From contig JBJLBP010000001.1 in the NCBI GenBank assembly GCA_045568075.1, positions 360,001-392,000 on the forward strand: a DNA stretch of 32,000 nucleotides. The letters are read 5' to 3'. Both the position numbers and the translations under genes were made by a program. The notes under the pieces are model-generated. The model made no database searches. It had not been told where the DNA came from and worked only from the letters and a program-made list of their open reading frames with translations. Shown here piece after piece: positions 15,701 through 24,437 of this stretch (positions within the stretch are counted from its first letter, which is position 1; every line of letters starts with the position of its first letter). The DNA is from Candidatus Thalassarchaeaceae archaeon (GTDB lineage: Archaea > Thermoplasmatota > Poseidoniia > Poseidoniales > Thalassarchaeaceae).

Positions 15701-15994
15701 TCACTCATTTACCGCTGCGGTCCATCGGTCGGCTTGCGGTACGCCGACAACCTCGATATGACAGGCGAGAACTCCTTTCTGTCGATTGATTTCTGAGCGC
15801 AGTTCCATCAAGTCATTGATGCAGCATGGACAGTGCGCTCGAGTTGGTTGTACCCACAATTGTACGATGCCAGAGTCATCGACCTCGACACCCTTGAGCA
15901 CGGAATCGTCAGTCAAGTCCAATCCATGGGGTTCCTTGCGTCCACGCAGTAGTCGCGCGAGCCGACGCTGCGCGGCCGCCTTGGTCCGAGACAC
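15701..15994 (-). CDS. Hypothetical protein, possibly DUF59/MIP18-like (metal-sulfur cluster assembly factor fold)
   Basis: 97 aa. VEVDDSGIVQLWVQPTRAHCPCC...GVLACHIEVV loosely follows the DUF59 pattern. GTG start with GGTGA 9 nt upstream. The family call is weak. Confidence 0.45.
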   Translation of the reverse strand: MSRTKAAAQRRLARLLRGRKEPHGLDLTDDSVLKGVEVDDSGIVQLWVQPTRAHCPCCINDLMELRSEINRQKGVLACHIEVVGVPQADRWTAAVNE

Positions 15995-16061
15995 GCGTCA
16001 TCGTCACCGTCGCATCGCTTAGTGATGGCGCTGGGAAAGAAGTCTTTCCAGTTGCCTCAGC

Positions 16062-17318
16062 TCACGAATCCCACTCAGTGAGCAGACCCCATGAATCTCC
16101 CATTGTCAGACATTCCATGCCATCTGAGGTTCGAGCAAATGTGTCTTCGGTACCGATTGCCCCGGAGTTGTAGAGCACCTTCGGCTCGACTGCCATCGTC
16201 CCGCCAACCGGAAGTTCTCGGTCGAAGCGCTCAGCGACGACAGGAGTCTCATCCAATTCAAGTCCAACCGAGTGACCCAAGAAAACAGCCTGCGCGGGCG
16301 GCATTCCCATCAGATGATTGGCATAACCCATCTCGGCAGCCTTGCCGCTGCCGACGCGCCAAGCCTCGGAGCAATCATCCCCTCGTCCGAGGCTAGCAAC
16401 GACTGAATCACGAATCTCAGCCATATCTTCGAGTCGAGTCATCGACTCACCTTCCATCTCACCTGCGCAGAACATACGCGTGCAGTCTGAGACATAGCCG
16501 CGGTGAAGATGTACCATATCGACGATGACAGGCTCGCCAGCTACCACCTTTGAGTGTCCAGCACCCAGGGATGAAATTGGGCTGGCACCGGTGCCACCAA
16601 TCGCCGAATCGAAGTAGGATGGAATTGCACCAGAGTGACCGGCTGCGATTACAACTCGGTCGCAGTCCATCGGCCAGCGACGCATTCGGATGCGACCGCC
16701 AAAGCCGGCGGTACGGCTGACCTCGTCAGCGGCCGCCGCCATTTCCAACTCTGTTCGTCCAACTCCACCAACATCGCGTATCGCCTCGAACATCCGCCGA
16801 TTAATTCGTCCACTCTCACGATGCATCTCTAATTCCCAAGCGGATTTCGTCTCACGCAATCCATACAGTAAGTGGGTGCAGTCAGAAGCATCTCCCATTG
16901 AGGACAAGCGCCCAGCAAAGAAGGCCCAACGATCGTGAGGAATCTTGCCAGCCAACATCGCAGGAGTACGTGTAGCACCAGTCGCGCGTAAGGCATCGAC
17001 CAAGCCACTCATACGAGGTTGAGCCACAACCGAGTCAGGAGCATCATCGCCACCAGACTCGAAACGAGCCCGATCAAGAGACTTACGAACCCAATGAACA
17101 TTCGAAACTCCAGAACCCTCTGCGCCAACCAAAATCATCCCGTTCTGTCTTCCTCCGGTCAACCAGTAGAGTTCGACGGGGTCATCGATTAGAGCGCTTT
17201 CAAGACCAGCCTCAGCGAGCGCTGAAGCCAAGCGATTCCGTCGCTCCTCGAGTTCGCTGACCGGAACTCGCCAGTCATCGCCATCAGGGCCGGTCAGCCT
17301 CTCCGCATCCCAAGCCAT
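16062..17318 (-). CDS. M24-family metallopeptidase (Xaa-Pro aminopeptidase/creatinase-like)
   Basis: Creatinase-like N-terminal domain (LESALIDDPVELYWLTG) and pita-bread catalytic domain (IVDMVHLHRGYVSDCTRMF, GHSVGLELDETP, VEPKV). I start it at MAWDAERL (ATG 17318). The longest ORF (to 17501) adds 61 arbitrary residues overlapping the pgk upstream region. Confidence 0.8.
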   Translation of the reverse strand: MAWDAERLTGPDGDDWRVPVSELEERRNRLASALAEAGLESALIDDPVELYWLTGGRQNGMILVGAEGSGVSNVHWVRKSLDRARFESGGDDAPDSVVAQPRMSGLVDALRATGATRTPAMLAGKIPHDRWAFFAGRLSSMGDASDCTHLLYGLRETKSAWELEMHRESGRINRRMFEAIRDVGGVGRTELEMAAAADEVSRTAGFGGRIRMRRWPMDCDRVVIAAGHSGAIPSYFDSAIGGTGASPISSLGAGHSKVVAGEPVIVDMVHLHRGYVSDCTRMFCAGEMEGESMTRLEDMAEIRDSVVASLGRGDDCSEAWRVGSGKAAEMGYANHLMGMPPAQAVFLGHSVGLELDETPVVAERFDRELPVGGTMAVEPKVLYNSGAIGTEDTFARTSDGMECLTMGDSWGLLTEWDS

Positions 17319-17430
17319 GAACGAGCCACTAAGGCCCGGACACAAAGGCATTGGGGGAGGAAATGTGGTAGAAGTTGGACCCCGACCCACATCCATCATC
17401 ATCAAAAGACGTCTGCTGCTGGGCTTTATC

Positions 17431-18666
17431 GTGAACGGCGTTCTGTCGCTGGACGACATTCGCCTAAGTGGTAAGCGCGTCCTGTATCGCGTTGACATCA
17501 ATTCACCTCTTCATCCAGAAACCGGAGCCTTCCTTGATGACGGCAGACTTCGCGCCATAACCCCCACTCTATCGGCCCTCTCGGACGCCAAGGTAGTGAT
17601 ACTCGGCCATCAGTCAAGGCCTGGCCGCTCCGACTTCACCGATCTATCGGGTCATGCAGATAGAATATCGCGGATTCTCGGTCGTCCGATCAAATTCATT
17701 CCAGATGTTTGTGGCGAAATCGCGATCGATGCGATTCGCAGTATGAATACCGGCGAGATCCTCTGTTTGGACAATGTCAGGATGCACGCCGAGGAGATAT
17801 CTCTCAAGAAGGCTGGACTCGAAGATTTGCGGCTATCACAGATAGTCAGCAATCTCGCCCCCGAATTTGATGCCTACGTCACCGATGCCTTCGGAGCAGC
17901 ACACCGAAACTCACCAACTTTGACAGGCTTCGCCGACGATCTTCCTTGTATTGCTGGGCGCTTGATGGAGCGTGAAATCAGCGCCCTGCAGACAGCTGTT
18001 ACAGCCCCACCTCGACCTTACGTGGCGATTCTGGGCGGGGCTAAGGCCGACGACTCCTTCCGCGTCGCACAGAATCTCATTGAGCGAGGAGTCGTCGATA
18101 CCATCGCCTTCGTAGGTGTTGTGGGAAATATGATCCTCTGGGTCAATGGCACTGACATCGGTGAGGGCAATAAGGAGTTCATTCGATTTACCCTCGGCGA
18201 TGATTTCGACACCTCCTGGTCGATGGCGCAAGAACTCCTTCAGAACCATTCAGAATTACTCTTCATGCCCAGCGATGTTGCTGTGGAAGTAGATGGAGAG
18301 CGTGTGGCTAAACAGGTTGATGAGCTTCCAGTACCCCATCCAATCTACGATATTGGCCTTCAGACTCTAATGCGATTACGACCAATCATGATGAATGCAG
18401 GGTGTATCCTTTGGAATGGACCAGCCAGTTATTTCGAGAAGCCTGCATTCGCTTTCGGGACAATCGAGATTCTCAATATGTGTACCGAGACCACTGCGAT
18501 GACAATCGTTGGCGGAGGTCACACCAGCGCTCTTGTCAATTCACGTGGAGTTGGTGACAAAGTGACTCACAATAGCACCGGTGGAGGAGCTTGTTTGCAG
18601 ATGCTATGTGGTGACGAGATGCCAGTAATAGACGCCCTCACGCACTCCGCAAAGAAGTTCTCTTAG
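17431..18666 (+). CDS. pgk: Phosphoglycerate kinase (archaeal type)
   Basis: LSLDDIRLSGKRVLYRVDINSPL, DDGRLRAITPTL, VVILGHQSRPG, AFGAAHR, GGGHTS...STGGGA. Archaeal PGKs begin 1-3 residues before this LxLDD motif, so I use in-frame GTG 17431. The ORF-track ATG 17317 is unlikely. Confidence 0.9.
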   Translation: MNGVLSLDDIRLSGKRVLYRVDINSPLHPETGAFLDDGRLRAITPTLSALSDAKVVILGHQSRPGRSDFTDLSGHADRISRILGRPIKFIPDVCGEIAIDAIRSMNTGEILCLDNVRMHAEEISLKKAGLEDLRLSQIVSNLAPEFDAYVTDAFGAAHRNSPTLTGFADDLPCIAGRLMEREISALQTAVTAPPRPYVAILGGAKADDSFRVAQNLIERGVVDTIAFVGVVGNMILWVNGTDIGEGNKEFIRFTLGDDFDTSWSMAQELLQNHSELLFMPSDVAVEVDGERVAKQVDELPVPHPIYDIGLQTLMRLRPIMMNAGCILWNGPASYFEKPAFAFGTIEILNMCTETTAMTIVGGGHTSALVNSRGVGDKVTHNSTGGGACLQMLCGDEMPVIDALTHSAKKFS

Positions 18667-18695
18667 ACGAACTTGGAACGCGAGGGCGCCCCATT

Positions 18696-18702
18696 CTTTA
18701 TC
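18696..18702 (+). promoter_or_regulatory. TATA-like CTTTATC about 27 nt upstream of the ATG at 18726
   Basis: A/T-rich heptamer at archaeal TATA spacing for a leaderless transcript. A similar TTTATC lies at the same spacing upstream of the MscS gene. Confidence 0.3.
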
Positions 18703-18725
18703 GTCGTTAAAGAAGAAGAAGTAGT

Positions 18726-18965
18726 ATGACTGATGAAGAGAGGGGAGAGAGTGGCTTCGCCAGTCCTTTGACCTTCGTAGTCTTCCTCGGGGTTATGTTC
18801 GCACTCCTTCTAATCATAATCCAAACCACTGAATGGGGTGAAGAAAATCAAGAGATGTTATTCGGTGATTTCATCTTCAAACTAATCCTCATTCCAGTCT
18901 TTATTGCGGTATTTGGCTGGAATCGTTTTTTCGGCGGCCAAGGAAACCAAAGAAAGGAAGATTAG
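18726..18965 (+). CDS. Hypothetical small membrane protein (2 TM)
   Basis: 79 aa, two hydrophobic helices (LTFVVFLGVMFALLLIIIQ; FIFKLILIPVFIAVFGW), acidic N-terminus and basic C-terminus. No family recognised. Confidence 0.45.
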   Translation: MTDEERGESGFASPLTFVVFLGVMFALLLIIIQTTEWGEENQEMLFGDFIFKLILIPVFIAVFGWNRFFGGQGNQRKED

Positions 18966-18985
18966 ACATTTAGAACGCGAAGTAA

Positions 18986-20398
18986 TCAACACAATTCGCT
19001 AAGGTCCAGAATATGTCCAATTCTTGAATTTACATCATCTAAAATTGATTTTAGTGATTCTTCAGTTCTCCCCTCTGCTCGCATGACGAGAATTGACTCT
19101 GTGTTTGATGGTCGGCAGAGGTACCAACCGTCGGGATAGCGCACTCTGATGCCGTCGACGCTTGATTTCTCAAGATCCGCAAAAGCTCGCTCAACCATTC
19201 CCATGGTTTCCTCGCGCCCCGCCGTCAGAGGTACCTTCGTTTCGTCGGTTGAAGGATAATCGGGTAGATTGTTGAAACGCTCAGAGAAGTTTGGCCCGCC
19301 ATCGTTTGGAGCGGGGTCTCGTCCGATTATTTCGAGCAGGCGGGCTGCATTGTAAAGTGAGCAATCGAAGCCAGGCCAGCGGTCGTGAAGGAAGAAGTGG
19401 CCAGACATCTCTCCCGCCATCACAGCGTCTGGATTGGCTCGCAGTTCGCGCTTCATGAATGAGTGACCGGTTCTGACCATTCGTGGGATTCCACCACTTG
19501 CGATGATGGCTTCCTCAAGTGCCATGCTGCACTTGACATCGAAGAAAACGGTGCGCTCGGCTTCAGTTCCACCTCGTCGATCGACGAGGACATCTGCTGC
19601 GATGAGCGCCATCAGTCGGTCTGGGTGGATGAAGCGGCCGCGCTCATCGACGATTCCGATGCGGTCGCCGTCACCATCCATTCCAATTCCGAACTCGCAG
19701 CCATTCTCGATTACCGCTGCTGCGAGATCGAGCATATTCTTCTGGCGCGTCGGGTCGGGAGGGTGGTTGGGGAATGTATTGTCCCAGTCGCAATGGATGG
19801 GCACGAGGTCGACGCCTAATCGCTGCATTAGGCGAACGGTAAGTGGTCCAGGAACTGCATTTCCACAATCGATGGCGATACGGATAGTGCGGCGAGGTTT
19901 ACCAGCATTTTCGACAATGGTATCGACGACTTCTCCCTCGAAATCAGGCAACTGAGTCACATTTCCTTGGCCAGTGCGGAACTCACCAGCATCGAATGTA
20001 GCCTTGAGTTCCTGCAATTCTTCACCAGCCATCGGCAGTGAGCCATTACAGATCTTGAAGCCGTTGTATTCAGGGGGATTATGGCTTGCTGTAATCGCCA
20101 CCGCGGCATCAACTTGCAAGTCGACGGTGGCGCGATACAAAACCCCAGTTGTTGTGATTCCCAAATCCAAAACATCGGCTCCAGCCGAGGTCAATCCCGC
20201 AAGAAAGGACGCGTGTAATTCTGGTCCTGATTCACGGATATCGCGTGCCACAGCTACCGTATTTGCATTGAGGTGAGTGACGAGAGCAGCCCCTAGTCGA
20301 CGCGCGAATTCAGTATCCAACTCACTGCCCGCAAGGCCACGGATATCGTAGGCCTTGAACACGCTCATGACCGAGACGGAGCGCTCGGCCTTCATCAT
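18986..20398 (-). CDS. Phosphohexomutase (phosphomannomutase/phosphoglucomutase family)
   Basis: FKAYDIRG, active-site loop ITASHNPPEYNGFK, Mg site GIGMDGDGDRIGIVDE, sugar loop GEMSGHFF. An alternative start is ATG 20368 (MSVFKAYDIRG). Confidence 0.9.
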   Translation of the reverse strand: MMKAERSVSVMSVFKAYDIRGLAGSELDTEFARRLGAALVTHLNANTVAVARDIRESGPELHASFLAGLTSAGADVLDLGITTTGVLYRATVDLQVDAAVAITASHNPPEYNGFKICNGSLPMAGEELQELKATFDAGEFRTGQGNVTQLPDFEGEVVDTIVENAGKPRRTIRIAIDCGNAVPGPLTVRLMQRLGVDLVPIHCDWDNTFPNHPPDPTRQKNMLDLAAAVIENGCEFGIGMDGDGDRIGIVDERGRFIHPDRLMALIAADVLVDRRGGTEAERTVFFDVKCSMALEEAIIASGGIPRMVRTGHSFMKRELRANPDAVMAGEMSGHFFLHDRWPGFDCSLYNAARLLEIIGRDPAPNDGGPNFSERFNNLPDYPSTDETKVPLTAGREETMGMVERAFADLEKSSVDGIRVRYPDGWYLCRPSNTESILVMRAEGRTEESLKSILDDVNSRIGHILDLSELC

Positions 20399-20404
20399 TC
20401 CATC

Positions 20405-20420
20405 GTGGCGCTGGCGCCAC
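20405..20420. other. GC-rich 16-bp palindrome GTGGCGC-tg-GCGCCAC between the RidA stop and the phosphohexomutase start
   Basis: Read directly from the sequence. 7-bp arms with a 2-nt spacer in a 42-bp intergenic gap. Function unknown, and it could be chance in GC-rich sequence. Confidence 0.2.
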
Positions 20421-20440
20421 CGAAGCGCGAGAGTGCGCGA

Positions 20441-20818
20441 TTAAGCAGAACCCGAACCGCGCACCGCGCGCGCAACGACTTCGACCTTTGCACCAGCAGG
20501 CAACTCCTTCACTCCATAAGCGGCGCGAGCAGGAAGAATCGCACCTTCGAGCCAAGCTGCGTAGACCTCGTTGAATTCGCCGAATTCAGCCATATTTTCA
20601 AGCAGGACCATTACCATCACTAGATCGCCCTTATCGGAGTCTGCCTCGCCGAGCAGTGCATCGATTTTTGCCAATGCATCAGCAGCTTGCTCGGCCATAG
20701 AATCTCCACCTTCGATACCGATTTGACCGGCTACCCAAATGTCGTCTCCAACGGTTATGCAAGGGTTGTAAGGGAACATCGGTTTGACGCCGGCGTAGAT
20801 TGGTTGCTTCTTGTTCAT
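20441..20818 (-). CDS. RidA/YjgF/UK114 family protein
   Basis: About 125 aa. YNPCITVGDDIWVAGQIGI and PARAAYGVKELPAGAKVEVVARA match RidA family hallmarks. Confidence 0.85.
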   Translation of the reverse strand: MNKKQPIYAGVKPMFPYNPCITVGDDIWVAGQIGIEGGDSMAEQAADALAKIDALLGEADSDKGDLVMVMVLLENMAEFGEFNEVYAAWLEGAILPARAAYGVKELPAGAKVEVVARAVRGSGSA

Positions 20819-20848
20819 ACAGTAGCCAGTGTAAAGCGGGACTTAGGA

Positions 20849-21346
20849 TTATTCACGCATCAAATCGACAATGGTTAGGTGATCCGCCGCAACATTTTCT
20901 CTATTCAGATCAGAAATCGGTATCCAAGCCGCAGAGACTGCATCATCGGCGCCCTGCGGCTCGGTCTCGATATCGGCCTCGACGAGATAGAAGAGACCGA
21001 CACAATGCTTGCGCGGGTCTCGCCCAGGAGTGCCAAGAACGTGCATTATTCGCGGATTATCACCAACAACTCCGGTCTCTTCAAGCATCTCGCGCAAGAC
21101 AGCATCCTCAGGATCTTCTCCATAATCGACGAAGCCACCTGGGAAGGCCCACATTCCAGACCAGACGGCAGGGTCTGGGCCGCGTTCAATCATCAGTAAT
21201 TCGAGCCCGTCGTCAGTTTCGCGAGTAGCGACTGCATCGACGGTGACAGACGGGCTTCGATAACTATCTCTCCCACACTCGAGGCAGCGTGCAGCGTTAC
21301 CAGCATCGTCAGCATCCAAATTTTCACCAGCGCTCTCAACTTCCAT
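20849..21346 (-). CDS. Nudix hydrolase
   Basis: Nudix box GGFVDYGEDPEDAVLREMLEETGV, preceded by a single CxxC (CLECG). ATG 21346 is preceded by a perfect AGGAGG (minus strand, 21354-21359) with a 7-nt spacer. The ORF-track start at 21475 lies inside uppS. Confidence 0.85.
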   Translation of the reverse strand: MEVESAGENLDADDAGNAARCLECGRDSYRSPSVTVDAVATRETDDGLELLMIERGPDPAVWSGMWAFPGGFVDYGEDPEDAVLREMLEETGVVGDNPRIMHVLGTPGRDPRKHCVGLFYLVEADIETEPQGADDAVSAAWIPISDLNRENVAADHLTIVDLMRE

Positions 21347-22226
21347 ATCGCCGCCTCCTAAGTTGGTAGTCCTCGATGGCTTCGTAGAGGTCGCTGCGCC
21401 GGAAGGATGGCCAATGGACGTCGGTGAAGTAGAGTTCTGAATAGGCGATTTGCCACAACAAAAAATTCGACACACGCTCCTCTCCAGACGTACGAATCAC
21501 CAAATCTGGGTCCGGTAAATCTGCGGTGTAGAGGCGACTTGAGATTGCTGCCGGGTCAATCGAGTCGATGTCCAAGTCTCCAGCAGCGTGGTCTGCCGCT
21601 ATGGTTTTGACAGCATCAACAATTTCCTCTCGACCGCCATAAGCTAGGCAGACTGTGAACAGGAAATCACTGTACTGCGAGGTTGCTTCCTCGGCTTCAG
21701 CGATTGCTTTTCGAACATGATCGGGCAGAAGGTCGGTGCGGCCGACGACTTGTACCTTTACGCGATTTTCGTGAACCAACGGATCAGTAGAGATTTCCTC
21801 AAGGCCGGAAACATAGAGGTCGAAGAGTGTGTCGAGTTCCTCTCCCTCTCGCGAGGTCAAGTTCTCTGTGGAGAGAGCGTAGACGGTGAGGTAAGGAATC
21901 TCGAGGTCGAGGATCCAGCGCATGACATCCTTGAGTCTCTTCTTACCAGCGGCATGGCCGGCGTCGGTATTGATTGAACGGTTCCAAGCGAATCGACGGT
22001 TTCCGTCCATAATCATCGAGATATGTCGGGGCATCATTTCTGGACCAGCAGCCTTGATGCGGTCTCGTAGTCTGTTTCTTCGGATTCGGTCGGTACGCGA
22101 AATGACGCTCCATGCGATAGTGGAATTAGCAATCCATCTAGCAGGAGCGGAGATAACGCGGAAGCGCAGCAGCCAATGTGCGAGGGCGTCGATTCGACGA
22201 CCTGCGGATTTGCGTGCGCGGCTCAT
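21336..22226 (-). CDS. uppS: cis-Prenyltransferase: undecaprenyl/polyprenyl diphosphate synthase (UppS family)
   Basis: HISMIMDGNRRFA, YALSTENL, RTSGEERVSNFLLWQIAYSELYF. A basic N-terminal extension of about 70 aa precedes the DGNRR motif. Confidence 0.9.
   Translation of the reverse strand: MSRARKSAGRRIDALAHWLLRFRVISAPARWIANSTIAWSVISRTDRIRRNRLRDRIKAAGPEMMPRHISMIMDGNRRFAWNRSINTDAGHAAGKKRLKDVMRWILDLEIPYLTVYALSTENLTSREGEELDTLFDLYVSGLEEISTDPLVHENRVKVQVVGRTDLLPDHVRKAIAEAEEATSQYSDFLFTVCLAYGGREEIVDAVKTIAADHAAGDLDIDSIDPAAISSRLYTADLPDPDLVIRTSGEERVSNFLLWQIAYSELYFTDVHWPSFRRSDLYEAIEDYQLRRRRYGS
21354..21359 (-). promoter_or_regulatory. Shine-Dalgarno-like AGGAGG for the Nudix gene, embedded in the 3' end of uppS
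   Basis: The plus strand reads cctcct at 21354-21359, and a 7-nt spacer separates it from ATG 21346. The uppS stop (21336-21338) lies downstream of that ATG, giving an 11-nt gene overlap. Confidence 0.5.
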
Positions 22227-22302
22227 GGGCTCACCAACTCTTCGCCGCGCTAAAGGTCGTCGGCGGCGAGGGGTCGGTGATTACGAGGGATAGAAGCGAT
22301 GG

Positions 22303-22890
22303 TTACCAACGGCTTACGAGTAGAGTTGTGATTCTCAAACAACTCATTCGAAGACGAGGTCTGCTGCATCGTCCGACCTTGTCGAGCAGGCCACGCTCTG
22401 GATTGACGACGACGACCTGTCCGGCGTGGTCCCAGACTGGGATATCGTGGACACTATTGCCGCAGTAGCCGAACCCCTTCTCTCCATAACGCGCAATCAG
22501 TGCCTCGGCCTTCTTGTGGTCTCGAAGATTGATTACACCGTCCGAGCCCATGACATCGTCGAAGAGGCCGACGTGTGCAGCGATTACTTCGGCTACGGAA
22601 CGGTCTGAAGCGGTGGCTAGAATCAGCTTTCGGCCTCGCGCGCTCTCGCCGGTAAGCCACTCGACGAATGCAGCATGGTATTCCAGTTCAGCCGGGTCAA
22701 ACTTGAGTTGACGCGCGAGATTCTTCTTCCACTTCGCGCGCTTACCAGTAATCTCCAACAAAATTGTCGAGATGATCATCCATGGCTTGCGGAGAAACAC
22801 CCGCTTTGCACTTAGGACACTCATGTCTGTGAGAATCAGCGTGCCGTCCATATCGACGGCCAGCGGCATCTCGACAGGTGCCTCCATCAT
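22303..22890 (-). CDS. HAD-superfamily (subfamily IB-like) phosphatase
   Basis: Motif I AVDMDGTLILTD, motif II LILATASD, and a C-terminal GNSVHDIPVW...VVVNP. I prefer ATG 22890 (GGTGGGA 9 nt upstream). The longest ORF starts at GTG 22935. Confidence 0.7.
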   Translation of the reverse strand: MMEAPVEMPLAVDMDGTLILTDMSVLSAKRVFLRKPWMIISTILLEITGKRAKWKKNLARQLKFDPAELEYHAAFVEWLTGESARGRKLILATASDRSVAEVIAAHVGLFDDVMGSDGVINLRDHKKAEALIARYGEKGFGYCGNSVHDIPVWDHAGQVVVVNPERGLLDKVGRCSRPRLRMSCLRITTLLVSRW

Positions 22891-22928
22891 GGCCAATCGT
22901 CCCACCGACCCCGATTCAAGGCTTTGGA

Positions 22929-24260
22929 ATGACACAGAAGCACCCGAACCGATTCCATCAAGCCCTCATCGGCTCTCGGCGAGCCGTGTCGCAGTCCGAT
23001 TCAGCGCTCAACAGTGTTTGGCGTCCTGCCGAGATGGTCGAGGTGGATTGCGACCGCAAGCCACCCCTCGGATTCACTGCGCATCTGATGCGTGGCTTGC
23101 GATTCCGCCTCAACCTCCTCGAACCTGAAGATTCTCTAGCAACCCTCGCCGGTTGGGATGAAGCAACCGAGGCGCTGGAATCTTGGGGCGAGGTTCCTGA
23201 TGGTATCACAGCAATCGAAGCCGAGGCCACAGAGAGAGGCCCATTCTACCGAATCGAAGCCGCCGACGGTTCGTGGATAGCCGAAGTTCAACCGTGGGGT
23301 GGACCAAACATCCGACCCCGCGCGAGAATCGCACCCGAAACCGCTCGCATTCCATGCGGAGGATACCTGCATGAGGAAGCCGATTTGATTCTACTTCGAC
23401 GCGTTAGCGTAGAAACCCCTGACGCGAATGAGGTTCTGCAAGACCATCTCAAGCGAGGCGATATCGATTCAGCCCAAGCCCTCCTCCACCGCTGCGGTGC
23501 AGCCCTCGGTCACTACCACGCCGCAGCAGAGGAAGAATGGACAAACCCACCCGACCAAAAGCGATGGAATGAACGGTTCAACGAGATTGAGCAGCGACTC
23601 AAAGCAGCAGCCCTCTGGCGCGCCCCCTTCACTCGAGGAGCACCTGCAACCCTGAGTTTAGGAGATGTGCGATTTGCAATGTTCGCAGAGGGTTCAAGTG
23701 GCGAAATCGGAATCAGAATTGGCCCTTCTCGCCTCGCTCATGGTCTCATTGCTAGCAGTCTCGATTTACCTGCAATCCGTGACTTTGCTAGCCTATTACA
23801 CGATTTGTCGAGAGTTCATAACTCGTCAGGAACTGATCTCAAACTCTCGCACCTGAGAGCCTCATTGATCAAAGGTTGGTCATCCAGCGCGCCGACAAAA
23901 TGGTGCAACAAGCGCTCCTTCAGTGCGCACACGGGAGGGGTGGTGATTTGGGAGTATGAGCAGGCCTTATTGGACGTAGTCGAAGCGGTTTCGCATCAGT
24001 CAGGACGACCCGAACCGGCCGTAACTATAATCGAGAAAGTACCGATTCTTCAGCAGTCACTTTTCAACGCACGAATTCTCTCTGCGGGCTGGTTGATGCT
24101 TGCAATTCTTGGCGGAATAGGAACCGTTAACTGGGTAAATCTTGCTCTCGACGGCGAACTGTTATTCCCTTCGATACCGCTGCTTCTTCTTACTGCTGGC
24201 TTATTCCTCCGGCATCGCTACCAAACCTCGGCTCCGCCTCCTGAGAATCCGATTCACTGA
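22929..24260 (+). CDS. Hypothetical membrane protein with a degenerate kinase-like (APH/ChoK-like) region and two C-terminal TM helices
   Basis: ALLHRCGAALGHYHAAA resembles the APH-family ...lG..La.lH motif. LSLGDVRFAMF sits where the catalytic HGDxxxxN loop would be, and LPAIRDFASLLHDL where the D..a..gdp..Dla segment would be. C-terminal helices are ILSAGWLMLAILGGIGTVNWV and LFPSIPLLLLTAGLFL. The start is uncertain (GTG 22878, ATG 22929 or ATG 23034). Confidence 0.55.
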   Translation: MTQKHPNRFHQALIGSRRAVSQSDSALNSVWRPAEMVEVDCDRKPPLGFTAHLMRGLRFRLNLLEPEDSLATLAGWDEATEALESWGEVPDGITAIEAEATERGPFYRIEAADGSWIAEVQPWGGPNIRPRARIAPETARIPCGGYLHEEADLILLRRVSVETPDANEVLQDHLKRGDIDSAQALLHRCGAALGHYHAAAEEEWTNPPDQKRWNERFNEIEQRLKAAALWRAPFTRGAPATLSLGDVRFAMFAEGSSGEIGIRIGPSRLAHGLIASSLDLPAIRDFASLLHDLSRVHNSSGTDLKLSHLRASLIKGWSSSAPTKWCNKRSFSAHTGGVVIWEYEQALLDVVEAVSHQSGRPEPAVTIIEKVPILQQSLFNARILSAGWLMLAILGGIGTVNWVNLALDGELLFPSIPLLLLTAGLFLRHRYQTSAPPPENPIH

Positions 24261-24437
24261 GACTGCCGAGTCATCGGGCGAATCAATGGGTAGACAGTGT
24301 ACTGAGGGACTGAACACCCATTGAACTCTTCCAAATCTCCTGAGGGATTTGATTGAACCCTTGCGACGTCATGGGAATGATATGTCGGTTGTCTGTATCA
24401 GCCTCTACTTGAGTTGTATTATCTTCTAACGAAGGCA

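Noticed and set aside
17319-17501. Apparent 185-nt head-to-head overlap of the M24 peptidase and pgk longest ORFs. Similar apparent overlaps occur at 4913-5005, 12588-12695, 21347-21475 and 22878-22935.
   Set aside because: These are artefacts of taking the most upstream start. Homology-consistent N-termini and, in several cases, SD-like motifs support internal starts, which restores normal intergenic regions. Only the 11-nt uppS/Nudix overlap and the 1- and 4-nt stop/start overlaps appear real.
24262-24437. Structure in the 177-bp convergent gap: 8-bp inverted repeat CAATGGGT...ACCCATTG (25-nt loop), duplicated CTGAGGGA (24302 and 24340) and duplicated TTGAAC (24321 and 24353)
   Set aside because: Repeats of 8 nt or less within a region of about 180 bp are near chance expectation. 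There are no box motifs, no ACA or K-turn context, and nothing resembling a known ncRNA class. It may simply be 3' UTR sequence. It is worth a covariance-model scan, but I would not call a feature.
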